A program made the translations under genes and the position numbers. Shown piece by piece: positions 1 to 18,873 of a stretch of DNA of 64,000 bases. The stretch comes from Salpingoeca rosetta (taxonomy: Eukaryota; Protista; Choanoflagellata). Numbering within the stretch: position 1 is the first letter of the stretch; the number at the start of each line of letters is the position of its first letter. The stretch covers positions 897,792 through 961,791 of the forward strand of contig JAWQFM010000014.1 in the NCBI GenBank assembly GCA_033442325.1, written 5' to 3'. Below the pieces are notes generated by a model that worked only from the letters and a program-made list of their open reading frames with translations, did no database searches and was not told where the DNA came from.

Positions 1-4458
<4,458 letters not shown>

Positions 4459-4650
4459 GATGTTTCGCTCACAACCACAACAACAACGACAACAAGTCAA
4501 GCAAACAAGCAAGGAGAGGAGAGGCAGGTGAGAGGGCGGTGCACAAGAAGAACAAGAAGAAGAAGGAGAAGTGGAAGGCAGGAAGGAGCGTTGTTTGTTG
4601 TTGTCCTCCAGCCACTTGTTTCTCTTCTTGGAAAACGCGTTTGACACGCT

Positions 4651-6097
4651 TCAGAACCAGTCGGGGACGCACGTCTTGTACGTGTCAGAGACGGTGCAGC
4701 CCTTGCTCTGTTGAGCAGCAACGCATCAGCAGCAGCAGCAGCAACCACGTGGGGTGTGGGCGGTGAGGGGTGGTGTGCGTGAGGAATAAGGGGCAGGGGG
4801 CGAAGGCAGGACAAGTGATGAATAGAAACCCCGCAACAACAAACAAACAAACAAACACCGTACAACACGCAACGCAACAACCATGGTCACAAGGCAGTGC
4901 ACGCGCACCTTCATGAGCTTCTGCAGCTTCTTGAGCGACTCCAGCTGCGCGCCCTGCGCACCAGAGGCGGCCATGCCCAGCGTCTCGTACAGCGAGATGG
5001 GCGTGATCTGGCGCGGGTTTGTGTAATGATGTTGTTGGTGAGGACGATGGTGGTTGGGCCAGACGAGGAACACGCACTGCACGCAGCACACCATCAACAG
5101 CACACACCACGCACCACACGCCACACGCCACATGCCACACGCCACACGTGGAGGCATCCATACGTCACACCCACACACACATCAACAGCACATAGCACAC
5201 CACACCAACACGTGCGCACCTTTGACTGGAGCTTCGGGTCGGCGCCAGCGTTGATGAGGTCGATGGCAAGATCGTACTTCTGCATCGACACCGCCGTATA
5301 CAGCACAAACATCCCCGAGTTGTCAATGTGGTTCAGGTCCACCTTGCCCGTCTGAGAATCCAAATGAGAGAGGGGGGGGGGGGGGGGGGGGTAAGAGACG
5401 CGCAGGGGTAAGAGACGCGCAGACGGGTTGATGCAAGAAAACGTGTGTGAGTGATTGCCAGGAATGGCAAAGCAAGCACGCAAGGAGCAGGAGGAGGAAC
5501 ATGCGGGGAAAGTAATGGATGGGAGCAAGCCAACACGAATACACACCAACGCACACGTTCGACACGCGTGCAACAACAACACGCAACACGCAACACGCAA
5601 CACGCAACTCTATCATACCTTCATCAGCATTCTTGCAATGTCTTCGTCAAGGTTGACCGCAAGGGCGACAGTCGTTTGGCCCTGGCACAGAAACAGCAAA
5701 CAGGAGTGCACGTGCATGTGAGCGTGACTGGAAAATAAGCAGCCTGTTCACGCAACCCACAGGGTAAGCGAACATGCACACGACAACCACACAACCACAT
5801 AAACGCACAACACGCAACCACACAACCACACACAAACGCACGCACAACACGCAGCACGCAAGCAGTGTACTGCCAGGGTGACGCACGGTGGAGTTCTTGA
5901 CAGACGGGTCGGCGCCGTTCTTGAGGAGAAGCTTGACGAGCTCGGGTTTGCGCATGCTGATGGCGGTGATGAGGGGCGTCATCCCCATGTTGTCCACCGC
6001 GTTCACTTCCACGTCATACTACACAACAAACGTCGCACAGAGCGGGTGGGGGAGCATGTGTTAGGTAAACAAGAGGCGAGGGAGAGAGAGTGTGTGT

Positions 6098-6133
<36 letters not shown>

Positions 6134-7010
6134 CGCAGGCTGTGTGTGTGTGTGTGACGCAGGTTGTGTGTGTAACCAGAGAAGCAGCGACAAGCTTCAT
6201 TCTGGCTCAAACCGTGAAACTGTCGCAGGAGAGTGTGCACTGCGCTCACCTTGAGCATGGCCTCAGTTGCTTTTGGATTCACGCTGATGGACATGGCAAA
6301 CGGTGTCTGGCCCTGTATTGTGGCATGCCGTGTCACGTGGCGTGATGAGTGATGAGTGGACATTGAGGGGCACAATGACGTGAACAACAGCACAAGCGGA
6401 CACGCACACATGTGCGATGTGCAACGGGCGCCCGGCAGGAGAGGAACCCAGGTTACAGATTCACATTGGCACAACCAGCTGCTCCGACACCCAGCAACAA
6501 CAGCCGACCAACAACAGCAGCAGACGTGCAGACGATCGCAACAACAAGGTGTGCTCACCGTGAAGCTCTTGACCGAGAGGTCGCCGCCAGCGTCGATGAG
6601 CAGCTTGATCACATCCTCAACGTCGTCCTTCTTGCGGCAGGCGGCGGTGTGCATCATCGTCATGCCAAAGTCCTGAACCAAAGGGGAGGGGGCGGGAGGG
6701 AAGAGAAAGGAGAGTGCCGGGACAGATCCAGAGACAAATGGCCGAAAATGCAGACAACGCACATGCATAAGCTCAACGCCATGAGATGACTGAAATGGAA
6801 GGTGCGAGAGAGAGAGAGAGACGTGTAGCGTGATACCACGCCCACCCGCGCAACAACCAAACACATTGGCAAGTAAGATACAAAGAAGCAGGCAAGCAGC
6901 AAACAGCAATCACGACGCACCGGGGATGGCAGGTTGATGTCGATGTCTGGGGTGAGCAGCTCCTTGACAGTGTCAAAGTCCTTCTCCATGAGCGCCTTGC
7001 CAAACTCCTC
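4651..7010 (-). CDS. Ankyrin-repeat coding region (~5-6 repeats); either a separate gene or the C-terminus of the NACHT-WD40 gene
   Basis: Exons DFGMTMMHTAACRKKDDVEDVIKLLIDAGGD, GQTPFAMSI, VNAVDNMGMTPLITAISMRKPELVKLLLKNGADPS and DNSGMFVLYTAVSMQKYDLAIDLINAGADP. Last exon ends CVPDWF-TGA at 4651. The first visible exon (EEFGKAL) follows an acceptor AG at 7011-7012 and has no ATG of its own. Confidence 0.8.
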
Positions 7011-7019
7011 CTGTGTGTG

Positions 7020-7101
<82 letters not shown>

Positions 7102-7104
7102 CAA

Positions 7105-7196
7105 TGCAAAAGGGGGCAAATCACATGTGTGTTGCGAGCTTAGTCATTTCTGCAAAAGGGGGCAAATCACATGTGTGTTGCGAGCTTAGTCATTTC
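7105..7196. repeat. 46-bp tandem duplication
   Basis: TGCAAAAGGGGGCAAATCACATGTGTGTTGCGAGCTTAGTCATTTC occurs twice in a row. Confidence 0.9.
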
Positions 7197-7329
7197 TTCG
7201 TGCCCGAAACAAAACTGCACGCACGTATTTCTTCTCATCATCGCGTTTCACTGGTAGTACAGCGTTGCAACACACACGGTGGTGGTGGTGGTGGTGAGTT
7301 GAGGGAGGCAGAGGATCGGCGCACGCACA

Positions 7330-8402
7330 TCATCCTCAACAACGATGTCGAGGACAAAGATGGCGGGAATGTGTTGGCAGCGCCTTCCGATGCAAAGCTG
7401 TACGTTCACAAAACCACCAACATGCAAACACACATGCGCGCACGCACACACACACATGCGCACACCTGTGAGCCAACGTGGTTCGCAGTTGCCCTTGTGG
7501 GCGGTGGGCTTGAGGCAGAAGAAGCCAAAGAGGTTGGCGGCCGTGCCCGTCAGAATAAGGTTGTCCCCGACGTAAGCGAGACCCTATACACAGAGAAAAA
7601 AAAAATTCACAGACACACATACACATAAACATTCACACAGATACACACGTGGAAATGAAATGGGTGAGAATGTACGAATGGCATCTAAACCGCACAAACT
7701 GAACATCAAACGAGATGGAACAAACCCTACAACAATTGTGTGCATGTGCGTGTGTACATGTATGCGTGGACATGTGTTCATGTGTACATGTGTACATGTG
7801 TGCATGTGGGCATGTGTGCATGTGTGCACACGCGTACCGAGAGGTAAATCTCAGAGAAGAGGCAGATGAGCGGCTTGATTTCATCGCCAGAGATGTCAAA
7901 GACATTCACTTCGTTCATCTGTCCAGAGACAGCAGCGTACCTGCACCCGCGACGTCATGCACACGAGTACACATGAGTGTGTTTATGTGTGCATGTGTGC
8001 ATGTGTGTGTGTGTGTTGAGGTTGTGACTGACTGACTGGAAGCAGTTGTGCAGGGCTGTCGCGACTGGCCAAGAAAGCAACACGCCATATCGTCACAACA
8101 AACACGGGTCCACCATCGCTTTGTCGCCGCTTACCGTGTGCCGTCTGCGTTCATGGCGCCGTGCTGATGGTACGACGACTGGCTGACGGCGACGGTTGAG
8201 ATCTCGTCGAGCGTCTTCCAATCGTACATGCCGACCTAGAAACCCAAAATAAAACGCCCGGAGGAAGGGGTGATGATGAATGCAACAGCCGCACGCAATA
8301 CACACAGGTCATGCGCATGCACACAACACAACGCACAAAAGCAAGTGCGCGTTTACACAAGCAATACAAACCCGAGTGTACACTCACTCACTCACTCACT
8401 CA

Positions 8403-8482
<80 letters not shown>

Positions 8483-9433
8483 GCATGAGGAGGCACCTTG
8501 AATCCCTGGATCATGACGAGCTGCTTCATGTTTGGTTTGAGGTAGGGCGCCTTGATCTGGATGTAATCGCCAGGATACGTCTTCTTCGCAACCTGTCGTG
8601 GCCGTCCATGAAACATGCGCAAGAATGTGGTGCCATTTTTTGGAGGGGGGAGGGTGAGGGTTGGGATGTAAGCGTTGGCTGCATTTTGAGTCGAGGTCGA
8701 GGCAACAGCAGATCTTGACGCTTGTGTGGACGAGACGCAAGCACAGGCAACAAGAGGCGATTCCAACGATGACAGCAATGACAACAGCGCACACACAACA
8801 CACACAACACACACACAACACTGAATCCACATACTACCATTCAAGTTCACGACGCACAACACGAAGCATGCAACAGATAGCACAGCACGGCACAGAGCAG
8901 GGCAGCGTGTGTGGCTTGCCTCCTTCTGGTTGTCGAAGCGAATGGCATTGGCACCGTGCACAATCACAAACTCGTTTGAGCCGGGCTTGCTGCATCCAAA
9001 CAGCTCTGCTTCCACTTTCAGCTCCTATCAAACGGTACCGGTGTAACGTGAGGACATGCAACGTGAAACCGGATGTTGTTTGAGAGAGCAGATCAACCAA
9101 CATGCATGCTCGTGCATGCAATCACACACGTGCAGACACATCTGCAGACACACGCACATGAACGCACACAAGTGAACGCACAAACCCGTCAGCCTCCCCC
9201 CCCCCCCTCTTGCTTCTTCGTCGTTCCCGCCTGCGCACCTTCTTCTTGAGGAGTTTGCCTGATTTGCCGTCGATCCAGCGAATGGTGCCGGCGTAGTCGC
9301 CAGCAACAATTGTGCCATTGGCGAGGGGAATCACGCACGTCACGTGCTTGTCGCTCTTCGGGCTCTCCTTCAGCACCATCGACTTGAAGTCGGCTGGCAA
9401 ATGGCGGCACAAGAGGAAAGAATGGGTGAGGGG

Positions 9434-9469
<36 letters not shown>

Positions 9470-10170
9470 GTGTGTGTGTGTGTTTTGTGTGTGTTGTGTG
9501 CTGTGTGTGCTGTGTGTGCGTTGTGTTGTGTTGTGTTGTGTGTGTTGCGTGTATGTATGTGTGTGTTGTGTGTTGTATGTTGTGTGTTGTGTGTTGAATG
9601 TTGTGTTTGCCTGCACATCATGACACGTGCATGGGCTGTTGCACGCGGAAACTCACAGGAGAACGTGCGAACTTTGCCGTCGTAGCTGCCGATGACAATG
9701 TTCCCGTTGGGCGCTTGCGCGACGGAGCTGAGGGAGATGGCTCGGTCGTGCTCGTTGGGCCCGCTCCACTTCTCCGTGATCTGATGGCCGTGCACAAACA
9801 TAAGCGGGAGAGAGGTGTGTATTGTGTGTTTGGTCGTGTTTGTGTTTGTGTTTGTGTTGTGTGAGGACATGTGCGTGGGATGCGTTTACGGGTTGTGTGG
9901 GATAGGATGTGATTGCAAGTGTGCGAGGCCCGTCTGGTGATCATGAACAAGAAACCGCAGTGTGATGAGCGTGAACAACAGCCGCTGTAGACGTCCACTC
10001 ACCAGGCCCGTCTTGACATTGCACGCAACGACTTGTGAAGAGTCAATGCCATAAACGGTGTCGCTGTCGAGGTGGAAAGGCGATTGAGTTGGTTGTTGCG
10101 TGGACGGATGAGTGTGTGGATGAGAAAAATGAGAAAGAATGCGAAATTATGCACACACACACACATGCAT

Positions 10171-10219
<49 letters not shown>

Positions 10220-11138
10220 TGCACAGCTGGTTCGCCAGCGCACGAATCGCCCATCACTTACCCGCTGGAGTAGAGCTTTGGGCTGGAGAGGTCGCACACG
10301 AACCCCTTGAGCAGCGGCTGCGGAGGCACAACGACAATGGTGACACAATAACGAGTAAGAAACGTGGCTGGGGAGCAAGCGGAATACACACGCACACATA
10401 GAATACACACGCACACATGCAGACACGCACACATGCAGACACGCACACATGCAGACACGCACACATGCAGACACGCACACCCTCACGCACGCACGCATGC
10501 ACACACGCACGCACACACACACACATATGCAGACACAACATGTTCGTTCGAGCGTGTGTGGTAGTGCGCTTACGTTGCGATCCTCCTTGCTCTCTTGCGC
10601 CTCCTTCTTCTTCTCTGCCTCAGCGACTTCGCTGGCGGAAGCCTTGGTCAGCTCAACACCAAACACCCTGCACAACAGCCACAAACAAGCAAGACCCATG
10701 TCAGCTCGCAGGTCAAAGGAGAAAGAGGTGTACGAGGAGGGAACATCGTGCAAGTGTGCAACACGCACACAAAACAAACTAAGTGAACCAACATCAACAC
10801 AACACACACGCACACACACACACACCGATGCTACAAGATGGCATGTGTACTCACTTGACGCTCATGTCGTTGCCGCTGACTGCGACAACCTGGTGCGAGG
10901 GGAGCGTGGCGATGGAGCTGATGGTGTTGCTGTTGGTCACATATTTGCGCAGCACTGTATCGCTGCTCGTGTCCATGATGGCAAGGTCGTCACCACACGC
11001 CAGCGCCAGGAACTGTTGTGATGGTGTGTGTTTGAGAGAGAGAGAGTATATGTATGATCAAAATTATCTCTCAAGCTTCGCAAGACGCACGCGTTCGTTT
11101 GCACACACACGCACACACGCACACACGCACACACGCAC

Positions 11139-11188
<50 letters not shown>

Positions 11189-12782
11189 GCACGCACACGC
11201 GCGCACCTTGCCGCCAAGCGGGGCGATGGAGTAGATGGTGTGGCCGTGGTCCGTGAGGTCGATCTTGCGCCCGGTGAGATCAGGCACGCTGAAGACCTGT
11301 GCATCGGGCATGGACGGGAGCAGTAGAGAACAGCAGTGAACACGCGCACGACTGAGAACGGCAACGCCACAATGGAGCGATCATGCACACGATTGTCGCA
11401 TGCAGTCGAGCAAGCACACAAGCACACAAGCACACAAGCACACAAGCATACTCAAAACTCAACCATAACGCAACGCAAAGCAACCAAAAACGCAACCACC
11501 AACACAACGCGACCCACGGACCTTGAGGTTGGAGTAGCTGTAGGCGATGGCAAACCAGTCGTCGCCGCTTGCCATCTCGAGCTTGGCGGCCATCGGGGAC
11601 GACGCAGCCATGGTGGAGATGTCCGTCTCCTTGGCGCTGCGCTTCACCTCAGAGAGGTCAGACAGCTTGATGGCAACGATATCGTCGTTGTGGTTGCCGT
11701 ACACAATCAGCTGAAGAATGGGCGGACGAGCGAAACAGTATGGTGGTGTGGGCCGGTGAGCGTGGAGCACACGAGGCAATCACGCGCATGATGGAGGCCT
11801 GCACAGTGCGCATACCACCACATCTCTTTCACAGCAGCAGCAGCAGTGCAAGTAACAGCGGGAGGAACAGTCCAACTCACAACAAACAGCGAATACCAGA
11901 CACCAAACGCCAAAACAGAAAACGCAACAGCAACGTGGATTGTATGCAACGCACGTCCTTGTTTTCGAGGATGGTCATGGACTGGATTGGGGCGTCGCCC
12001 GTGTACGTGCGGGTGTTCTCGCCCGTGCTCACGTTCCAGAAGCGAATCGTCTTGTCCCACGAGCACGTCACCACCTCGCCCGTGCTGAGGACCATGGCCT
12101 GGATATGGCAGTGACAGCAGCGGTGGTGGTTGCGTGTGAGCATTGTGTCAAGTGTGAGGGTCACATAATGTAACAATGACAGTAGAAAGATCACCATGAT
12201 GAGTACCTCACAAGCAACACACACACACACACACACGCTCGCGCACACTCTCGCGCACACTCTCGCGCACATGCACGCAATAACAACAGTTGAGGAGTCT
12301 GTCACCTTGGAGATTGGGCGTGCATGACCGGAGAGGTCGCGGATGAATGTTCCGGAGTTGGATTCGTAGACCTTGATGACCGATTCGGGAACCTCCATGA
12401 TGGGTCCAGAACACGTCAGCATGTACTTGCCTGGCGCGATTGTTGAGTATGATGCAGCAGGGGAGGCGGTGTGAGTTGAGTTGGGCTATGTGCTGGGTTG
12501 AGTTGAGTTGAGGAATATGCGCATGTACGCGAGCAACAAGACCAACAAAACTCAACAGTCATCCCAAACAAACAAAACACACACAAACAAACAAACAAGA
12601 ACAAGGCAGAAAGAGCAAGCGCGTGCTTGCCACATCCTCCTCTCCCCCTTCCCCCTCTTCCTCTTCTTCGCCCAAGTCAACGGACCATCCTGGGTGTAGA
12701 CGGGGCTGGCGCCGTAATGGCCGTAAATCGTCTGCTCCACCTCAACATCGAGGTCCGGCAGCGAGTACGTGAACATCTGCAC

Positions 12783-12851
<69 letters not shown>

Positions 12852-14155
12852 GGGGTGAGGCGATGTATGGACGACAGGAATAGTGTGGACGACAGGAGTA
12901 ACAAAAAAGCACGCGTGCGCCACAACGCAAACACACACGCACAAACACACACACACACACACACCACAACCACGCACAAACACACACACCACACGCACAC
13001 GTCATGCTTCAGTCACACTAGCACCACCAGCAGGCGAGACCTTGTTGCCTGGACACACGGCGAAGAGGGCGTTGGCCTGCGGGCTGATGGCCACAGCAGG
13101 CATGCCGCCACCACACGACACGCTGCACGTGTGCGGTACACATGCACGAACATTTCATGATGATGGTGAGGGTGTGGGGGGGGAGGAGGATGAGGACGCG
13201 AGCATGAGCATGAAAGGAACAAAACCAACAACAACAACAACCATTACAAACAACAACCACCACCAACAACAACAACAACAATACAAACAACACGACAAGC
13301 AACACCCTCAGCAGTCATCCTTGGCAGCAACAGCAACAGCAACAGCATGATTGTTTATGCCGTGTCATCGACCAGGCACGCACTGCGTACCTGCCAACGA
13401 GGCCCTTGCGGAAGGTGACGCCACCACCGGCGCCGGAGTCCGTGTCCGCTTCCTCCTCTTCCTCCGAGGAGTTGAGGATGGTGGCAGTGAGGGTGACGAG
13501 GCCACCCGTTGTCACAGGCGCATACTCGTCGCACACCTGACGGCACAAACACACGCACGCACGCACGCACGCGCGAGCGCGGACGATGATGGCAGTCGAT
13601 GAGCGATGAGGAAAGGATGCATGCAACAAGCAAACAAGTAGCAGGGGCAGCCGAGACGACCCGAATCGGTGCAAGGACACATGCAAACAACATCACCTTC
13701 ATCGCTACTGTCACGATCACTGCCACCACCACTGCCGCCAGCATGCGTACCTCGCGGCATCCCTCGACAAACTGCTTGGCGCCGGGGAGATCGAGACCGT
13801 ACATGCGGCCGGCCAGGTGGAAGCAGATGGTGGACGGCTCAGCGGAGACGTGTGTGGCGGACACGGTGAGGGTGCGGTTGATGGCGTGCACGAGCGTGAA
13901 CTCGTCCGACTTGGGCAAGGTGCGGAAGTCCTTGCGCAGCGTCTTCAGGCCGCAGTGGTGGGACTTGTTCTTGAGGAACCACGGGGTGGTGAGCAGCTTG
14001 GCCACAGCAGCATCGCCGTTGCACTCCCTGCACAAACCATCGAGGATGGTGATGATGGGTGGGTGATGGAGATGAGGAGGAAGGCATGGACATGTGGTGA
14101 AGAAGGGGTGGGCCAGGTGAGGAATGGAATGGTGGAAGCAGTACACCCATGAAAA

Positions 14156-14229
<74 letters not shown>

Positions 14230-15382
14230 GCACACACACAGACGCACACACACACACACACGAAACCTACACACGCACACACCGCTCAAAGTGTGGGAGG
14301 ACGAGGAGGGGCCTGGCGGCGCCGCAGTTGTAAGTCTGGTTGCCGTCTGGATCGGCCTTGACGCGGTAGTAGGCGAGCATGCGGCTGTTGAGGGCACGCA
14401 CGGTGGCGGCATTGCACAGATAGCGCTCCTCGATCACCTGAGAGGGAGAGGGGTGGGGCGTTGTTGGCGTTGTTGTGGTTGCGCGTTGTGGGTGAGAGAG
14501 ACGTGAGAAAACGCACATGGGTACATCACCACACCACAAACATCCAAACGCATCCACATTTGCACACACGCTCAAACACACGACCTCACGACCACACATG
14601 TGCATTCCTACACATATGCACCTTGCGAATGGGCTCGTGGAAGACGCGAAGGAGGCCGCTGCCGCCCGATGTGACATACAGCTTGATGCTGACAAACAGA
14701 CGTGCAAATGTCGACTTGCGCGGCTGCGTGTACGGGTACGACTCAATCAGCTCCACCAGCTCACCCTCCATGATGCCATCAGTGGAGAGGGCGATGTACG
14801 ACATGGTGGCACGCACGAGCTCCTCACCGTGGTCGTCCTCAAGCTTGCTCAGCACAAAGTTGAACAGCTGCGGCAGGTGGTCGGGGATGCTTTGCAAGTA
14901 TGGCGTCACCTTCTCGTACACACCAAACGTGACCAGCTCCGCAGCAGCAGCAAGCAGGTACAGAGGCAGACGCGCCTCCTGCTTCTCCATCAGCATCTTC
15001 ATCTGGTCGCCCAGCAGCCTGTTGGATGCGTCCTCGCACAGCTTCTTGTGGTACGTGTCCAGGAACGTGCGCACGAGCGTCTTGGCCTCCTCCTCTGCCA
15101 GCAGTCCAAGCTCGTACTGCAGCGGCTCGCAGTTGGCCACATAGTTGTCGTGCACGTCTCCATCACTCGATGTCGTCACAATAAGGCGGACATTGTCCGG
15201 CAGCTGCGCCGGCAGCCACTTCACGTCGCGCGCGCCATACTCCGTGTTGATCTGGCTCAGGCCGTCCAGGATCACCACCACGCGGTTGTTGGGTGCATCC
15301 TTGTCCGCCAGCATACTGTTGGTGATACAACAGGGGGGGGGGGGTGGAAGAAAAAGAGTGGTCATGTGCCGGGTGAGGTTGA

Positions 15383-15416
<34 letters not shown>

Positions 15417-16866
15417 CGTGTGGGGTGGGGTGCGTGTGTGTGTAAACATGTGTGTCACGTGTGTGAGCGGATATGATTGTGCTGACAACACCAAGGAAAC
15501 GAACGTGAGCATCTTGAGGAAGATGGAGCGGGCGTAGGAGATGCTCTGCAGTTTGTTCTTCTCAAAATAGAACGGAACCGCGCGCAGCTGTTGATTGGTG
15601 GTGGTGGTGGTGGTGGTGGTGGTGGTGGCGGTGCAAAACAAAAAAAGGCGGGGGGTTGATTGAGTGGATGGCGATTCAAGATGCACAAAACTATGAATCA
15701 ACACGAAATCCCGCAATTACAATGGCACACAAGCACGCATGCACACGCACGCACGCACAGACGCAAACACGCACAGCACGCCCGCGCGCGCACACACACA
15801 CACACATGGGCACGCACCTTGTCGAGCTGGTGGATGAGGAAGATGAGCATTTCGAGGAGATCAAACGACTCCGGGTTGGTGCCGACGAAGAACGACACAA
15901 CATCCACGTTGTCCCTGGCGTTCAGCTGCTCCGCGGCCTTGGCAACAAGCGACGACTTGCCCACGCCAGCAGGGCCCGTGATGAGCAGGCCCTTGTTGTC
16001 GGGGTTGGCCTTCAACACGTAGTCCTCAATGTACTTGAGGTCGGCGTCGCGGGCAACAAACCCTTCGCGGCGCGAGCGCACCATGAGCTCGTGCTGCACA
16101 GCAGACAGCTCCAGGGCAGGCAGCTCCGTCTCAAAGGAGGGGTACTCCGCATCAATCGCAGAGAACAGCATGGCGTACACCTAGTGGTGGTGTGGGAGGA
16201 TGGGATGTTGTGTGTGAGGTGGGGTGGTGTAGGTGGTTGGACGGGTGAGAATGGGATGAGAATGGGATGAAGAACAAAAAGGATGGCCGATGACGCAAGC
16301 CATCACGGCACAAAAGCCACTTGCATCAGTCATACATACACGTACACAAGTGCACACACACACGAATATGCACGTGTGCAAACAGATGTACACCTTCTCT
16401 GCGAAGAAGTCAAGACCGCCAACAGAGCCGGTGCCAAAGCGCTTCCCCGTGGGCAGACGACCCGTCTCCTTCACCACGATGGGCTGGCCGGGCTGGTAGT
16501 CAAACGACTTGGCCTTCTTGGTGGCACTGCGGATCTGGCTGGTGATGGTGTCGAGATCGGTCTTGTATTGGGAGTAGAGCGGTGTCTTGGTGTACTGCGG
16601 GGCGAGTGACTCCTTCACCTGCGCGTTCTCCGGCAGATACTCAAAGTCGAAGATCCACTGCCAGTCCTCGTCCACCGCTGTCATGCATTGGCAGTCACAT
16701 GTGGCGTCGAAAGGGGGGTGGCAGGGTGAAGGGAGGCGAGAGGGGGGAGCAGCATGAAGCACGAGGGCGGGTGCTGCTCCTGCATGCTCGTGTACGCTGT
16801 TCGTGTTCATGGTCGTGGTCATGCGACAAACAAACACGTGGATGTGCACATGCAGCCAAGCTTGTG

Positions 16867-16947
<81 letters not shown>

Positions 16948-17383
16948 AACACACGTACTCACAAACACACACGCACACATAAACACATGCAAACATACGC
17001 TGCATGCACACCTGCATACGCAAACACACCCACACAAACACACACACACAAACATACACACATGCACACACGATACATGCACGCGACACGCGGTCCTCAC
17101 CCTTCATAAACTCGTGGTCGCGGAAGGCGAAGAAGGCGTGTGGCTGCTCCATAGTCGCCGCCTCCTGGCCCAGCACGGCGTGCCACACCTCCATGGACGT
17201 GATGGACACGCCTGCAGGGTGCGCCTGCTGCACCTTGGGCATCCACGCAAAGCGATCGGGGTGCTCAAAGTCGTCCGGATCGTTGAATTTCTCCTGCACC
17301 CAACCATAGCGCTTGGAGCTGCAGCAGCGCGCGTGCATTGGGAGGAGGCCAGGCGGAGGGACGGGTGTGAGAGAATGCGTGTG

Positions 17384-17450
<67 letters not shown>

Positions 17451-18817
17451 GCGTGTGTGTGAGTGTGTGTGTGTGTGTGTGTGTGATTGGGGCTGACCAA
17501 GAAGTTTGATGGTCAAAGAACAGCTTGAGCACAGAGACTCAAACGGAGGTGCAACCATGCGCAAGTACCCAATCACGACAACAACTACATCAACACCATC
17601 ACGTCAACAACAAACACGTCACCACCAACACAATGACATGACACTCACACACGGTAACACAAGAAAGACACACCAACACGCAATACGACCGTGCTCACCG
17701 CAGGCCGAGGAACCAGGGCATTTCGTCCTCGTGCACGCGGCAGCGATCGATTTCGTTGAGGCAGGTCTTTTGGATGGCGTCAGCTGTGGACTCTTCAGCA
17801 GACACACCCCAACGCAAATCGACAGGCACAATCTGCACATAGCGTGACGCAAGCTCCTTGTTCAACGCAGGCAGAACCTGGTAGTGTGTGTGCGTGTTCG
17901 TGCGCGCGTGTGAGTGTATTTCGAATGAGCAGCTTGACATAAGCATGTACGAGGTCACACAAAAGCGAAAAGTTGCTTCAATGCACGGCGAACAAAACCA
18001 CACACACACACACACACTCACTCACACACTCACTCACTCACTCACTCACTCACTCACTCAACTCAACTCACTCACTCACTCACACACACGAACCACTGAC
18101 ACACATTGTCCCCTCCTCCCTCCCAAACACACGCACACGAGCGCACCTTGCGGATGAGGACGTCACGCTCGCCGTGCGTGTCGACAAAAGTGGAGGAGAT
18201 GAAGAGGCGGATGGTGGTCATCTCACCCTGCAGGCGCGTCTTGGGCGTCACGCCCTCCATCTTCTCAATCAGCTTCGACTGCGAGTAATCAGGGAACGGC
18301 TCAACAGCGGGCGGCTCCTCAACAGCAGCGGCAGCAGCAGTCGTAGTGGACGACGTCGATGGTGGTGCTGGGGATGGCTTGGTTCTCTTTGGTGGGGAGG
18401 GTGCTGGTTTCTTCGCAGCTGCTGGCGGTGCTTCCTTCGTTGGCGCAGCCCTTGGCGCAGGGGTTGGCTTTGGCTTGGCTGCTTCTGGTGCCTTGGCAGG
18501 CGCAGGCTTCTCCTCCTCCTGCGTCGTGGCAGCCGCGGCGGTGGTGGTGGTGGTGGTGGCAGCGGGTGCAGCTTTGCGCGGGGCAGGAGTTGGCTTGGAG
18601 GGTGCTGGCGTTGGCTCAGGCTTCGTGGTTTCTGCCGTTGTTACAGGTGGTGGTGCCTGCTGCTGCGCAGGGGCTGGCTTGGCGGCTGGTGTTGGCTGCG
18701 AGCTGGAGGAGGAAGGTGCAGCAGCATCGCCGTTCTTGGCACCTGGTGCATGTGAAAATGAAAAAAATCACGCTACACATGAACGTGTGCACCATTGGTG
18801 GAGACGCTGAAAAAAAC

Positions 18818-18873
<56 letters not shown>

